The notes under the pieces were generated by a model. That model was given only the letters and a program-made list of their open reading frames with translations, was not told the DNA's origin and searched no databases. This document shows, one piece after another, positions 33,486 through 42,884 of a stretch of 64,000 nucleotides of DNA (position 1 is its first letter; each line of letters opens with the position of its first letter). Source of the DNA: an uncultured Oscillospiraceae bacterium (GTDB lineage Bacteria; Bacillota; Clostridia; Oscillospirales; Oscillospiraceae). Both the position numbers and the translations under genes were made by a program. The stretch lies in contig CAJUOT010000005.1 of NCBI GenBank assembly GCA_910588135.1, positions 4,422-68,421 of the forward strand, written 5' to 3'.

Positions 33486-34743
33486 CAGCAAGGTTCTGTA
33501 CGTGGTGATCTCTGTCCTCCTCTCTTTCGCCGCATGGCTGTTTGTCACCTCCAAGGACAGCACGAAGGACAGAGCCACCTACCGGAACCTGCCCATCACG
33601 TTTGAGGACGTGGACATCCTGGAGGAGCGCAACCTGATGATCGTCAGCCAGGACGTTCGGGCTACCATTACCGTCCGGGCCAAGCCCATGGTGCTGGCCA
33701 CCCTGAACAGCGACCCGCCCAGGCTGGTGGCTACCGTGGCCAACATCACCACCGAGGGGCCTCACACCGTGAACTACACGGTTCAGCTTCCCACGGGTGT
33801 CCGGGACAGCGACGTGGAAATCAGCTATGGCAGCCTGGGCGGCAGCGCGGTGAGCGTGGAGGTGGCCCGTTCCCTGAGCCGGAAGGTGGAGATCCGGGGC
33901 GAATTCCAGGGCAGCGCGGCCGAGGGCTATATGCCCGGGGAGCGGGATGAATTCCGCTTCTCCCCCAGTGAGGTCACCATCACCGGCCGGGCGGAGCTGG
34001 TCAATCAGGTGGCCTATGCCAGGGTCATTGTTACCGAGGAGGAACTGACCCAGGACGTGGACGGCGATTTCCCCTTCCAGCTCATCGGCGCCAGCGGCGA
34101 CCCGCTGGAGGGCCTGGACGTGTCCTGCGACGTGGACGCCATCTACACCAAATTCCCCATCCGGGCCACGGCGGAGATTCCCCTGGAGCTGCGGATCATC
34201 GAAGGGGGCGGGCTGGGGGAGCGGGACGTGCGGCTCACCCCCAGCGCCAGTTCCATCTCCGTGGCGGGCAGCCGGGAGGCGGTGGCCGCCCTGGTGGGCG
34301 AGGGGGCCATGGTCTTTAACATCGACCTGGCCACAGTCCGGGATGAGGACGAGCTCACCTTCCCCATCGGCCTGCCCGACGAGCTTCAGAATCTGAGCGG
34401 CGTCAGCGAGCTGAAGGTTGGCGTGGATGTGCGCAAGCGGGTGGAGACCCGGACGTTTGAGGTGACCAGCCGCATCAGCGCCATCAATGTGCCCGAAGGC
34501 TGGCGAGCGGACATCATCACCCAGGCGCTCCAGGTGGAGGTGCGGGGGACGCCCGTCCTACTGGACGAGCTCACCGAGGAGAATATCCAGGTGGTGGCCG
34601 ACCTCCAGGACATCAACCAGGTTGCGGGGCACTACACGGCGCCCGCCAGCGTCCGGCTGTACAGCGCCGGCTCTGAGGCGGACGTGGGCGTAATCAATCC
34701 GGGCTCCTATTCCATCGCGGTGTCCCTGAGCAGGGACGGCTGA
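33466..34743 (+). CDS. cdaR: CdaR (YbbR-repeat) regulator of CdaA
   Basis: N-terminal TM helix followed by repeated YbbR-like beta modules. Overlaps the cdaA 3' end, matching the canonical cdaA-cdaR arrangement. Confidence 0.8.
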   Translation: MGKKILDSKVLYVVISVLLSFAAWLFVTSKDSTKDRATYRNLPITFEDVDILEERNLMIVSQDVRATITVRAKPMVLATLNSDPPRLVATVANITTEGPHTVNYTVQLPTGVRDSDVEISYGSLGGSAVSVEVARSLSRKVEIRGEFQGSAAEGYMPGERDEFRFSPSEVTITGRAELVNQVAYARVIVTEEELTQDVDGDFPFQLIGASGDPLEGLDVSCDVDAIYTKFPIRATAEIPLELRIIEGGGLGERDVRLTPSASSISVAGSREAVAALVGEGAMVFNIDLATVRDEDELTFPIGLPDELQNLSGVSELKVGVDVRKRVETRTFEVTSRISAINVPEGWRADIITQALQVEVRGTPVLLDELTEENIQVVADLQDINQVAGHYTAPASVRLYSAGSEADVGVINPGSYSIAVSLSRDG

Positions 34744-34744
34744 G

Positions 34745-35650
34745 ATGTTCGGCTATATTCGCCCCGCCCTGGGGCGGCTGGACGAGGGGCAGCGGGACGC
34801 TTACCAGAGCGCCTACTGCGGGCTGTGCCACACCCTGGGGGACCGCCACGGCGTGCTGGCCCGGTTCACCCTGCAGTATGACTTTGCCTTCCTGGCCATA
34901 TTGCTGGCGGCGGGGGCGGACGGGGGCGGGCAGTGCGCCCGCCGCTGTCCGGCGCACCCCCTCCGGCGGCCCCGGGCTTGTGCGGCGGGGGGGCAGATGG
35001 ACGCCGCCGCCGACCAGAGCATCATCCTCGCGTGGCACAAGCTGTCCGACGATGTGGACGACCATGGTTTTTTTACCGGCCTACCCTACCGTTTTGTCCG
35101 GCGGGTATTCCGGCGGGCCTACCGCCGGGCGGCGGCGGCCCAGGGGGCGTTTGACGCCCGGACCCGGGAGGGCCTGGCCCGCCTGCGGGAGCTGGAGCGC
35201 AGCCGTTCCCCCCAGCTGGACCGGGCGGCGGACGCCTTTGCCCAGATTCTGACCAGCGCCGCCGGGACTGTGCCGGAAGAGGGGGCGCGGCGGGCCCTGG
35301 CCCAGCTGCTCTACCATCTGGGGCGGTGGGTGTACCTGATGGACGCCTGGGACGATCTGGACGGCGACCGGAAACGGGGCCGTTATAATCCCCTGGAAGC
35401 CCGGTTTCAGGGACAGGCCCGGGAAAACCGGGATTATCTGGACGCCACGGCCACCCATTCCCTGCGGCTGGCGGGGGGCGCGGCCGGGCTGCTGGAGCTG
35501 GGACAGTGGGCGCCCATTGTGGAAAACATCCTGTTTTTCGGCCTGCCGGCGGTGCAGGGCGCTGTGCTGGACGGCCGATGGAAAGAAATGAGAAAGGGGA
35601 GGTGGAAGCCCCATGAGAGATCCCTACGAGGTGCTGGGCGTGAGCCCTGA
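34745..35650 (+). CDS. Uncharacterised protein, DUF5685-like (family name from memory)
   Basis: [54 protein letters not shown]. The start lies 1 nt after the cdaR stop. The 3' end overlaps the next gene by 38 nt. Confidence 0.6.
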   Translation: MFGYIRPALGRLDEGQRDAYQSAYCGLCHTLGDRHGVLARFTLQYDFAFLAILLAAGADGGGQCARRCPAHPLRRPRACAAGGQMDAAADQSIILAWHKLSDDVDDHGFFTGLPYRFVRRVFRRAYRRAAAAQGAFDARTREGLARLRELERSRSPQLDRAADAFAQILTSAAGTVPEEGARRALAQLLYHLGRWVYLMDAWDDLDGDRKRGRYNPLEARFQGQARENRDYLDATATHSLRLAGGAAGLLELGQWAPIVENILFFGLPAVQGAVLDGRWKEMRKGRWKPHERSLRGAGREP

Positions 35651-36230
35651 CGCGGGAGACGACGAGATCAAAAAGGCATACCGGGAGCTGGCGCGGAAGT
35701 ACCACCCGGACAATTACCAGAACAACCCCCTGGCCGATCTGGCCGAGGAGAAGATGAAGGAGATCAACCAGGCCTACGACGCCATCACCCGCGTCCGGTC
35801 CGGCGGCTCCTCTGGTTACGGCGGGGGGAGCGCCGCCCAGGGGCAGAGCGGCTATGGGTACGGCTCGGCCTACCAGCAGCAGCGCCAGGGCGGGGGGAGC
35901 GGCGTGTTCGCCCAGGCCCGGCAGGCGGTGAGCCGAGGGGACCTGGACGGGGCGGAGCAGTTGCTCCAGGGGGCCCCCTCCCGGAACGGGGAATGGTACT
36001 TTCTCATGGGCTCCATCGCCTACCGCCGGGGCTGGCTGGACGAGGCGCGGCAGAACTACCAGATCGCCGTCCAGATGGAGCCGAACAATATGGAATACCG
36101 GCAGGCGTTCAGCATGATGCAGCGGGGGGGCTACGGCTACCAGCCGGACATGGCGGGGGCCCAGTGCGACGGGATGGACTGCTGCACCGCCATGATGTGC
36201 ATGAACTGCCTGTGCGGGGGCTGCCGCTGA
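35613..36230 (+). CDS. J-domain protein with a Gly/Ser/Gln-rich linker, a TPR-like segment and a C-terminal cysteine string
   Basis: [33 protein letters not shown] is a J domain with the HPD motif. [34 protein letters not shown] is TPR-like. The tail is [21 protein letters not shown]. Confidence 0.8.
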   Translation: MRDPYEVLGVSPDAGDDEIKKAYRELARKYHPDNYQNNPLADLAEEKMKEINQAYDAITRVRSGGSSGYGGGSAAQGQSGYGYGSAYQQQRQGGGSGVFAQARQAVSRGDLDGAEQLLQGAPSRNGEWYFLMGSIAYRRGWLDEARQNYQIAVQMEPNNMEYRQAFSMMQRGGYGYQPDMAGAQCDGMDCCTAMMCMNCLCGGCR

Positions 36231-36231
36231 T

Positions 36232-36753
36232 ATGAGAAGGAAAAACGCGGCGGTAAAAGTGGCGTATCCGGCCATCCTGGGCGCCCTGGCGGTGGTCCTG
36301 GTCTATCTGGCCTGCGTCGCCCCCACGGGGCGGTGGGGCGTTGTGGCGGCGGCGGGCCTGCTGCCCGCCGCGGCGGTGATCTCAGTGGGGCTGAAGGCGG
36401 GGTTCCTGTGCTGGGCGGGGGCGTCCATCCTGTCCCTGCTGCTGGCCCCCGACAAGTTCTGCGCGCTGCTGTTCGCCGCCCTGTTCGGGCTGTACCCCAT
36501 GGTGAAGTCCGTGGCGGAGAAGCCCCGGAAACGGCTGTTGGAATACGCGGTGAAGCTGGGTTTTTTCAACGTGGTGTTCACCGCGCTGTACCTGGCCATG
36601 ATGGGGGCCATGCTGGCCACCCTGCCGGAGGTGCTCACCGGTTCGCTGTGGGCGCTGTACCCGGCGGCCAACTTTGTGTTTGTGCTGTACGACTATGGAT
36701 TCAGCAAGCTGATCGCGCTGTATATCAGCCGCGTCCAGCGGGCGGTCCACTGA
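36232..36753 (+). CDS. Hypothetical integral membrane protein (about 5 TM helices)
   Basis: ATG lies 1 nt after the J-protein stop. The 173-aa hydrophobic sequence has no motif I recognise. Confidence 0.6.
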   Translation: MRRKNAAVKVAYPAILGALAVVLVYLACVAPTGRWGVVAAAGLLPAAAVISVGLKAGFLCWAGASILSLLLAPDKFCALLFAALFGLYPMVKSVAEKPRKRLLEYAVKLGFFNVVFTALYLAMMGAMLATLPEVLTGSLWALYPAANFVFVLYDYGFSKLIALYISRVQRAVH

Positions 36754-36770
36754 GATAGCGGGGGAGTGAC

Positions 36771-37658
36771 ATGGTGAAAAGCATGACCGGCTACGGCCGG
36801 GGGGAGCAGGCCTTTGACGACGGCGTCCAGATTACGGTGGAGCTGCGCGCGGTGAACAACCGGTATCTGGACTGCACGGTGAAGATGCCCAGGGCCTACA
36901 TTTTCGCGGAGGAGGCCATGAAGGCCAGGGTGCAGGCCGGGGCGGCCAGGGGAAAGGTGGACGTGTTCGTCACCATCACCCGGTCCGGCGGGGACGACAT
37001 GGTGGTCACCGTCAACGAGGAACTGGCCAGGAGCTATGTCCAGGCGTTCAAGCAGCTGCACAAGCTGGGGGGCGGCAGCGTCAAGGAAAAGTACTGCGCC
37101 ACCGATCTGGCCCGGTTCCCCGACGTGCTCACGGTGGAGAAGCGGGAAGAGGATCTGGACGAGATGAAGGGGCGGCTGCTGGCGGCGCTGGATCTGGCCA
37201 TTGCCGACTTCAACTCCATGCGTGAGCGGGAGGGGGAGCGGCTGTGCGCCGATATCCTGGGCCGGGCGGAGGCCATTGAGGCGCTGCTGGGGGAGATTGA
37301 GGCCCGCTCCCCCCAGACGGTGAACGACTACCGGGCCCGGCTGGAGGCCAAGATGCGGGAGGTGCTCCAGAACACCCAGATCGACGAGGGACGGCTGGTC
37401 ACCGAGGCGGCCATTTTTGCCGACAAGGTGGCGGTGGATGAGGAGACGGTGCGCCTGCACAGCCACCTGGGCCAGCTGCGGGAGCTGCTGGGGGCCGGAG
37501 GCGCGGTGGGGCGCAAGCTGGACTTCCTGATTCAGGAGTTCAACCGGGAGGCCAATACCATCGGCTCCAAGTGCAGCGACATGGAGATCACCCGCAGGGT
37601 GGTGGACATGAAGGCGGAGATTGAGAAGATCCGCGAGCAGGTCCAGAACCTGGAGTGA
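36771..37658 (+). CDS. yicC: YicC/YloC family protein (stress-induced endoribonuclease family)
   Basis: [12 protein letters not shown]...[11 protein letters not shown]...C-terminal [17 protein letters not shown]. Confidence 0.88.
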   Translation: MVKSMTGYGRGEQAFDDGVQITVELRAVNNRYLDCTVKMPRAYIFAEEAMKARVQAGAARGKVDVFVTITRSGGDDMVVTVNEELARSYVQAFKQLHKLGGGSVKEKYCATDLARFPDVLTVEKREEDLDEMKGRLLAALDLAIADFNSMREREGERLCADILGRAEAIEALLGEIEARSPQTVNDYRARLEAKMREVLQNTQIDEGRLVTEAAIFADKVAVDEETVRLHSHLGQLRELLGAGGAVGRKLDFLIQEFNREANTIGSKCSDMEITRRVVDMKAEIEKIREQVQNLE

Positions 37659-37663
37659 CGGCC

Positions 37664-37924
37664 ATGAAGCTGATCAACATCGGATTTGGGAGCATGGTGT
37701 CCGCGTCCCGGGTGGTGGCCATCGTCAGCCCGGACTCCGCCCCGGTGAAACGGCTGGGGCAGGAGGCCCGGGAGCGGGGGATGCTCATCGACGCCAGCTT
37801 TGGCCGCAAAACCCGGTCGGTGCTGGTGATGGACAGCGGCCATGTGGTCTGGTCATCCCTGACCACCGGCCAGGTGTCCGCCCCCTTCGGAGGGGCGGAC
37901 GGGACAGAGGAGGAGACGCCATGA
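37664..37924 (+). CDS. remA: RemA / DUF370 family regulator
   Basis: [31 protein letters not shown]...[26 protein letters not shown] 37664 lies 8 nt after GGAG. Confidence 0.85.
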   Translation: MKLINIGFGSMVSASRVVAIVSPDSAPVKRLGQEARERGMLIDASFGRKTRSVLVMDSGHVVWSSLTTGQVSAPFGGADGTEEETP

Positions 37925-38565
37925 GCGTGCCACAGAAGAAAACGCGGGGGGATCTGATCGTGCTGTCCGGCCCCTCCGGGGTGGGGAAGAGCACCGTTAT
38001 CGCCGAGCTGCTGAGCGTGCGGCGGGACATCCATTTTTCCGTGTCCTTCACCACCCGGCAGCCCCGCACCGGGGAGCAGGACGGGGTGAACTACAACTTC
38101 GTCTCCCGGGAGGAGTTCGAGCGGATGATCGCCGCGGATGAGCTGCTGGAGTACGCCGAATATGTGGGCAACTACTACGGCACGTCGCTGAAGGTCATCC
38201 GGGAACAGCTGGAGCGGGGGGTGGACGTGCTGCTTGACATTGAGGTCCAGGGCGCGGCCAAGGTGAGGGAGCGCTGCCCGGAGGCGGTGCTCATCTTCCT
38301 GATCCCGCCCTCCATCGAGGAGCTGTCCCGCCGCCTCCACCGGCGCAACACCGACGAGGAGGAGACCATCCAGCGCAGGCTGGAAAAGGCGAGGCAGGAG
38401 TGCCGCGAGTGCGTGCGCTATGACTATCTGGTGGTGAACGACACGGTGATGAACGCCGCCCAGGAGATCCAGTCCATCCTGCGGGCGGAGGGGAGCCGCA
38501 CCCAGAAGCGGCTCTGCCTGGCCCAGAGCATCATCGGCCCCCAAGGCGGGGAACATGAAACCTGA
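37921..38565 (+). CDS. gmk: Guanylate kinase
   Basis: [15 protein letters not shown] (P-loop), [44 protein letters not shown] overlap with remA. Confidence 0.92.
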   Translation: MSVPQKKTRGDLIVLSGPSGVGKSTVIAELLSVRRDIHFSVSFTTRQPRTGEQDGVNYNFVSREEFERMIAADELLEYAEYVGNYYGTSLKVIREQLERGVDVLLDIEVQGAAKVRERCPEAVLIFLIPPSIEELSRRLHRRNTDEEETIQRRLEKARQECRECVRYDYLVVNDTVMNAAQEIQSILRAEGSRTQKRLCLAQSIIGPQGGEHET

Positions 38566-38589
38566 TAAATATTGGAAAGGACGATCATT

Positions 38590-38853
38590 ATGCTGCTCTA
38601 TCCCCCTATCAAGGAACTGCTGGTGCAGGTGCCCAGCCGCTATATGCTGGTGAACCTGGTGGCCAGCCGGGCCCGGAAGCTGTCCAGCGAGGCGGAGGTG
38701 TCCGGCGAGCCGCTGGAGGAAAAGGCGGTGTCCCTGGCCATCCGTGAGGTGGCCGACGGCACGCTCACCCTGGAGGACGCGCAGGCGGAGGAGACGCCGG
38801 AGGAGGTGCCCGCCGGGGAGGGCGGGGAGAACCCCGGACAGACGGCGGGTTGA
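38590..38853 (+). CDS. rpoZ: DNA-directed RNA polymerase subunit omega
   Basis: MLLYPPIKELLVQVPSRYMLVNLVASRARKL. ATG 38590 follows GGAAAGGA. It sits in the gmk-rpoZ syntenic position. Confidence 0.85.
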   Translation: MLLYPPIKELLVQVPSRYMLVNLVASRARKLSSEAEVSGEPLEEKAVSLAIREVADGTLTLEDAQAEETPEEVPAGEGGENPGQTAG

Positions 38854-38875
38854 GGTTGTGAATACAGGTGCTAAA

Positions 38876-38904
38876 GGGCAAGCGGGGGGACTGCTTGCTC
38901 TTTT
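38876..38904 (+). terminator. Rho-independent terminator after rpoZ
   Basis: GGGCAAGC-loop-GCTTGCTC followed by TTTT. Confidence 0.55.
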
Positions 38905-38927
38905 AGGCTGAGAAAGAGGTGAAATAG

Positions 38928-41393
38928 GTGGCCAAGATCGCGAAAATTGCCGTGTCCGCGGCCACCTATGCCATCGACCGGCCCTATGATTACCGAATCC
39001 CGCCCGCGCTGGAGGAGGCGGTGCGGCCCGGCATACGCTGCGCGGTGCCCTTTGGCAGGGGGAACAAAACCTGCGACGGCATCGTGCTGGCCCTGGGGGA
39101 GCAGGAGGACGGGGCGAAGCTGAAGTCCATCCTGGCCCTGCTGGACGAGGAGCCCTTGCTGGACGGGGAGGCCGTCCGGCTGGCCCTGTGGATGCGGGAG
39201 CAGTACTTCTGCACCGTGTATGACGCGCTGCGGGTGATGCTCCCGGCGGGGCTGTGGTTTTCCCTGAAGGACTGCTGGCGCCTTGCCCCCGGCGTGGACC
39301 GGGAGGCGGCCTACGGGGCGGCGGGGGAGTCCAAAAGGGCCCAAAAACTGGTGGAGCTGCTGTTCGCGGGCGGCGGCTGGGCGGAGGAGGGCAGAATCCG
39401 GACGGCGTTCGGCCTGTCCGACCCGGGGCCGGCCCTGCGGGCCCTGGAGGCGGGGGGAATCATCGTCCGGGAGGCCAGCGCCCAGCGGGCGGTGGGCGAC
39501 AAGCGGGAGCTGGTGGCCGCCCTGGCCATGGATGCCCAAGACGCCCTGGCCCTGCTGTCGGCCAAGCGTCGGCGGGCCCCTCTGCAATACGCCGCCGGGG
39601 AGGCGCTGTGCGCGGCGGGGGAGACCTCCGCCAAGGAGCTGTGCTATTTCACCGGCGCGTCCATGTCCACCCTGCGCGCCCTGGAGCGGATGGGGGTGCT
39701 CACCCTGTCCAAGCGGGAGGCGTACCGCCGCCCCCGGCTGCCCGCCTTTGAGGAGCCCGCCCCGGTGGAGCTGAACGGGGAACAGGAGGCCGCCTGCGCG
39801 GGCCTGCTGGCCATGGCGGAGGGCGGCGGGGGGACGGCGCTGCTGTACGGCGTCACCGGCAGCGGGAAAACCCAGGTGTACCTCAAGCTCATCCACGCTC
39901 TGCTGGGACGGGGGAAAACGGCCCTGGTAATGGTGCCGGAAATTGCCCTCACCCCCCAGCTGATGCGGATTTTCACCTCCCACTTCGGCCGCGAGGTGGC
40001 CATTCTCCACAGCGCCCTGTCCGCCGGGGAGCGGTGCGACGAGTGGAAGCGGGCGCGCCGGGGGGAGGCCCGGGTGGTGGTGGGCACCCGTTCCGCGGTG
40101 TTCGCGCCCCTGCCAGACCTGGGCGTTGTGATTCTGGACGAGGAGCAGGAGCCCTCCTACAAGTCCGAACAGAACCCCCGCTATCACGCCCGGGAGACGG
40201 CCCGGTACCGCTGCTACAAGGCGGGGGCGCTGCTGCTGCTGGGCTCAGCCACGCCGTCCGTCGAGACCATGTATCACGCCCGCCGGGGGGACTACCGCCT
40301 GTTTGAGCTGAGCCGCCGTTTCAACGAACGCGCGCTGCCCCAGGTGACGGTAGTGGACATGAAGGAGGAGCTGCGCCGGGGGAACGGCGGCAGCATCAGC
40401 GCCCCCCTGGCGAAGCTGCTGGAGGAGACCATCGGCCGGGGGGAGCAGGCGATTTTGTTCCTCAACCGCCGGGGGGCCAGCCGGATGGCCGCCTGCGGCG
40501 AGTGCGGCGAGACCCCAACCTGCCCCCGGTGCTCCGTCCATCTGACCTATCACTCCGCCAACCGGCGGCTGATGTGCCACTACTGCGGCTGGTCCCAGCC
40601 CCTGCCGGACCGGTGCCCCGCCTGCGGGGGGCTGCTGAACTTTGCGGGGGTGGGCACCCAGCGGGTGGAGGAGGACCTGCGCGCCCTGTTCCCGGGTGTG
40701 GGGGTGCTGCGCATGGACGCGGACACGGTGTCCGCCGTCCACAGCCATGAGAGCATTCTGGAGCGCTTCCGGAGGGAGCGCGTCCCCATTCTGCTGGGCA
40801 CCCAGATGGTGGCCAAGGGGCTGGACTTCGAGAACGTCACCCTGGTGGGGGCGGTGTCGGCGGACCAGCTGCTGTACACCGGGGATATCTACGCCGCCGA
40901 GCGGGCGTTCTCCCTGCTCACCCAGGTGGCGGGCCGGGCGGGCCGGGGGGAGAAGGCGGGCCGGGCGGTGATCCAGACCTTCACCCCGGACAACGACGTG
41001 ATCCGTTTTGCCGCCGGCCAGGACTATGACAGCTTTTACGCCCAGGAGATCGGGCTGCGGGAGAGGCGGGGGCTGCCGCCCCTGTGCGCGTTGTTCGCGC
41101 TGTGCGCCTCCGGGCTGGAGGAGACGGCGGTGCTGCGGGCGCTGCTCCGGCTGCGGGAGGCGCTGGAGGGGGCCCTGCCCAGGACGCCCCGCGCCGGGCC
41201 GCCCTGGCGGCTGCTGGGGCCAGCCCCCGCGGCGGTGGCCAAGGTGAACGACCGCTACCGATACCGCCTGGTGCTGAACACCCGGAATACCAAGGAGGTG
41301 CGCCTGCTGGTGGCGCATCTGCTCCGCCAGGCCCAGGCGGACAAGGGCAACCGGGGCGTGGCCCTGTTTGCCGAGCTGAACCCGATGGATTGA
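38928..41393 (+). CDS. priA: Primosomal protein N' (replication restart helicase PriA)
   Basis: GVTGSGKTQVY (Walker A), ILDEEQE (DEXQ box), Cys-rich Zn region CGECGETPTCPRCSVHLTYH...CHYCGW...CPACGG. GTG start follows GAGAAAGAGGTG. Confidence 0.92.
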   Translation: MAKIAKIAVSAATYAIDRPYDYRIPPALEEAVRPGIRCAVPFGRGNKTCDGIVLALGEQEDGAKLKSILALLDEEPLLDGEAVRLALWMREQYFCTVYDALRVMLPAGLWFSLKDCWRLAPGVDREAAYGAAGESKRAQKLVELLFAGGGWAEEGRIRTAFGLSDPGPALRALEAGGIIVREASAQRAVGDKRELVAALAMDAQDALALLSAKRRRAPLQYAAGEALCAAGETSAKELCYFTGASMSTLRALERMGVLTLSKREAYRRPRLPAFEEPAPVELNGEQEAACAGLLAMAEGGGGTALLYGVTGSGKTQVYLKLIHALLGRGKTALVMVPEIALTPQLMRIFTSHFGREVAILHSALSAGERCDEWKRARRGEARVVVGTRSAVFAPLPDLGVVILDEEQEPSYKSEQNPRYHARETARYRCYKAGALLLLGSATPSVETMYHARRGDYRLFELSRRFNERALPQVTVVDMKEELRRGNGGSISAPLAKLLEETIGRGEQAILFLNRRGASRMAACGECGETPTCPRCSVHLTYHSANRRLMCHYCGWSQPLPDRCPACGGLLNFAGVGTQRVEEDLRALFPGVGVLRMDADTVSAVHSHESILERFRRERVPILLGTQMVAKGLDFENVTLVGAVSADQLLYTGDIYAAERAFSLLTQVAGRAGRGEKAGRAVIQTFTPDNDVIRFAAGQDYDSFYAQEIGLRERRGLPPLCALFALCASGLEETAVLRALLRLREALEGALPRTPRAGPPWRLLGPAPAAVAKVNDRYRYRLVLNTRNTKEVRLLVAHLLRQAQADKGNRGVALFAELNPMD

Positions 41394-41411
41394 TAAGGAG
41401 GAAGACGCGAG

Positions 41412-41942
41412 ATGGCGCTGAGAAAAATCCTGACCCAAGGCGACCCGGCCCTCACCAAGACCTGCCGGCCGGTGGAGAAATTTGACCGCAAGCTCCACGA
41501 CCTGCTGGACGACATGAAGGAGACGCTGCAAAACGCCGGCGGGGTGGGGCTCGCCGCCCCCCAGGTCGGCATTCTCCGCCGCGTGGTGGTGGTGGAGGAC
41601 GCGGAGGAGCGGATGATCGAACTGGTCAACCCGGTGATTGTCAGCCAGTCCGGGGAGCAGAAGGGCTGGGAGGGCTGCCTCAGCGTCCCCAACCAGTACG
41701 GCTGGGTGGACCGTCCCAGCGTGGTCACCGTCCGGGCCCAGGACCGGGACGGAAACTTTTTTGAGACCACCGGGGAAGAGCTGGTGGCCCGGTGCTTCTG
41801 CCATGAGGTGGAACACCTGGACGGCCACCTCTTTGTGGAGCACACCGGGGAGCTGTACAGCCCGGAGGAGATTGACGCCATGGAGGCGGCGGAGGAGGAC
41901 GGGGCCAAAAAGCGGCCCCGCCGGAAGGGGCGCAGGAGATGA
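41412..41942 (+). CDS. def: Peptide deformylase (with a basic C-terminal extension)
   Basis: GVGLAAPQVG, EGCLSVP, HEVEHLDG: the three PDF motifs. Confidence 0.92.
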   Translation: MALRKILTQGDPALTKTCRPVEKFDRKLHDLLDDMKETLQNAGGVGLAAPQVGILRRVVVVEDAEERMIELVNPVIVSQSGEQKGWEGCLSVPNQYGWVDRPSVVTVRAQDRDGNFFETTGEELVARCFCHEVEHLDGHLFVEHTGELYSPEEIDAMEAAEEDGAKKRPRRKGRRR

Positions 41943-42880
41943 AGCTTGTATTCATGGGCACGCCGGATTTCGCCGTGCCGTCGCTGGACGCGCTGGCGGG
42001 GGCGGGGCACGAGATCTGCGGCGTATTCACCCAGCCGGACAAGCCGAAGAACCGGGGGATGAAGCTCCAGCCCCCCCCGGTGAAGGAGCGGGCCCTGGCC
42101 CTTGGGCTGGAGGTGTACCAGCCCGCCAGGATGCGGGACGGGGAGGCGCTGTCCATCCTCCAGAGGCTGGAGCCAGACCTCATTGCCGTGGCGGCCTATG
42201 GAAAGATTCTGCCCGTGGACATTTTGGAGCTGCCCCGGCTGGGGTGCGTCAACGTCCACTCGTCCCTGCTGCCCCGCTACCGGGGGGCGGCCCCCATCAA
42301 CTGGGCGATTTTGAACGGCGAGGATGAGACCGGCGTTACCATCATGAAAATGGCGGAAGGGATGGACACCGGGGACATTCTGGCCCAGGCCAGGACCCCC
42401 ATTGACCTCAACGAGAACGCCGCCCAGCTCTTTGAGCGGCTGGCGCGGATGGGCGGGCCGCTGCTGGCGGAGACGGTGGAGAAGCTGGAGGCGGGGACGG
42501 TCCGGCCCGTCCCCCAGGACGACGCCCTGGCCACCTACGCCCCCATGCTGTCCCGGGAGCTGTCCCCCATGGACTGGGGGAGGACCGCCCGGCAGCTCCA
42601 CGACCAGGTGCGGGGGCTGTATCCCTGGCCTTCCGCCACAGCGGAGCTGGACGGCATCCGGTGCAAAATTCTGCGCACCTCCCTCGCCGGGGAGGGTGCG
42701 GGCAAGGCCCCGGGCACTGTGATTCAGGCGGATAAAAAGGGTCTGCGGGTGGCCTGCGGGGACGGCGGGGCGCTGGACATCCTGGAGCTCCAGCCCGACG
42801 GGAAAAAGGCCATGGCCGCCGCCGCGTTTTTGCTGGGCCATCCCATTCTGCCGGGGACCATCTTGACGAAACAGGAGTGA
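41939..42880 (+). CDS. fmt: Methionyl-tRNA formyltransferase
   Basis: MKLVFMGTPDFAVPSL..., NVHSSLLPRYRGAAPINWAI. ATGA overlap with def. Confidence 0.92.
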   Translation: MKLVFMGTPDFAVPSLDALAGAGHEICGVFTQPDKPKNRGMKLQPPPVKERALALGLEVYQPARMRDGEALSILQRLEPDLIAVAAYGKILPVDILELPRLGCVNVHSSLLPRYRGAAPINWAILNGEDETGVTIMKMAEGMDTGDILAQARTPIDLNENAAQLFERLARMGGPLLAETVEKLEAGTVRPVPQDDALATYAPMLSRELSPMDWGRTARQLHDQVRGLYPWPSATAELDGIRCKILRTSLAGEGAGKAPGTVIQADKKGLRVACGDGGALDILELQPDGKKAMAAAAFLLGHPILPGTILTKQE

Positions 42881-42884
42881 TCGC

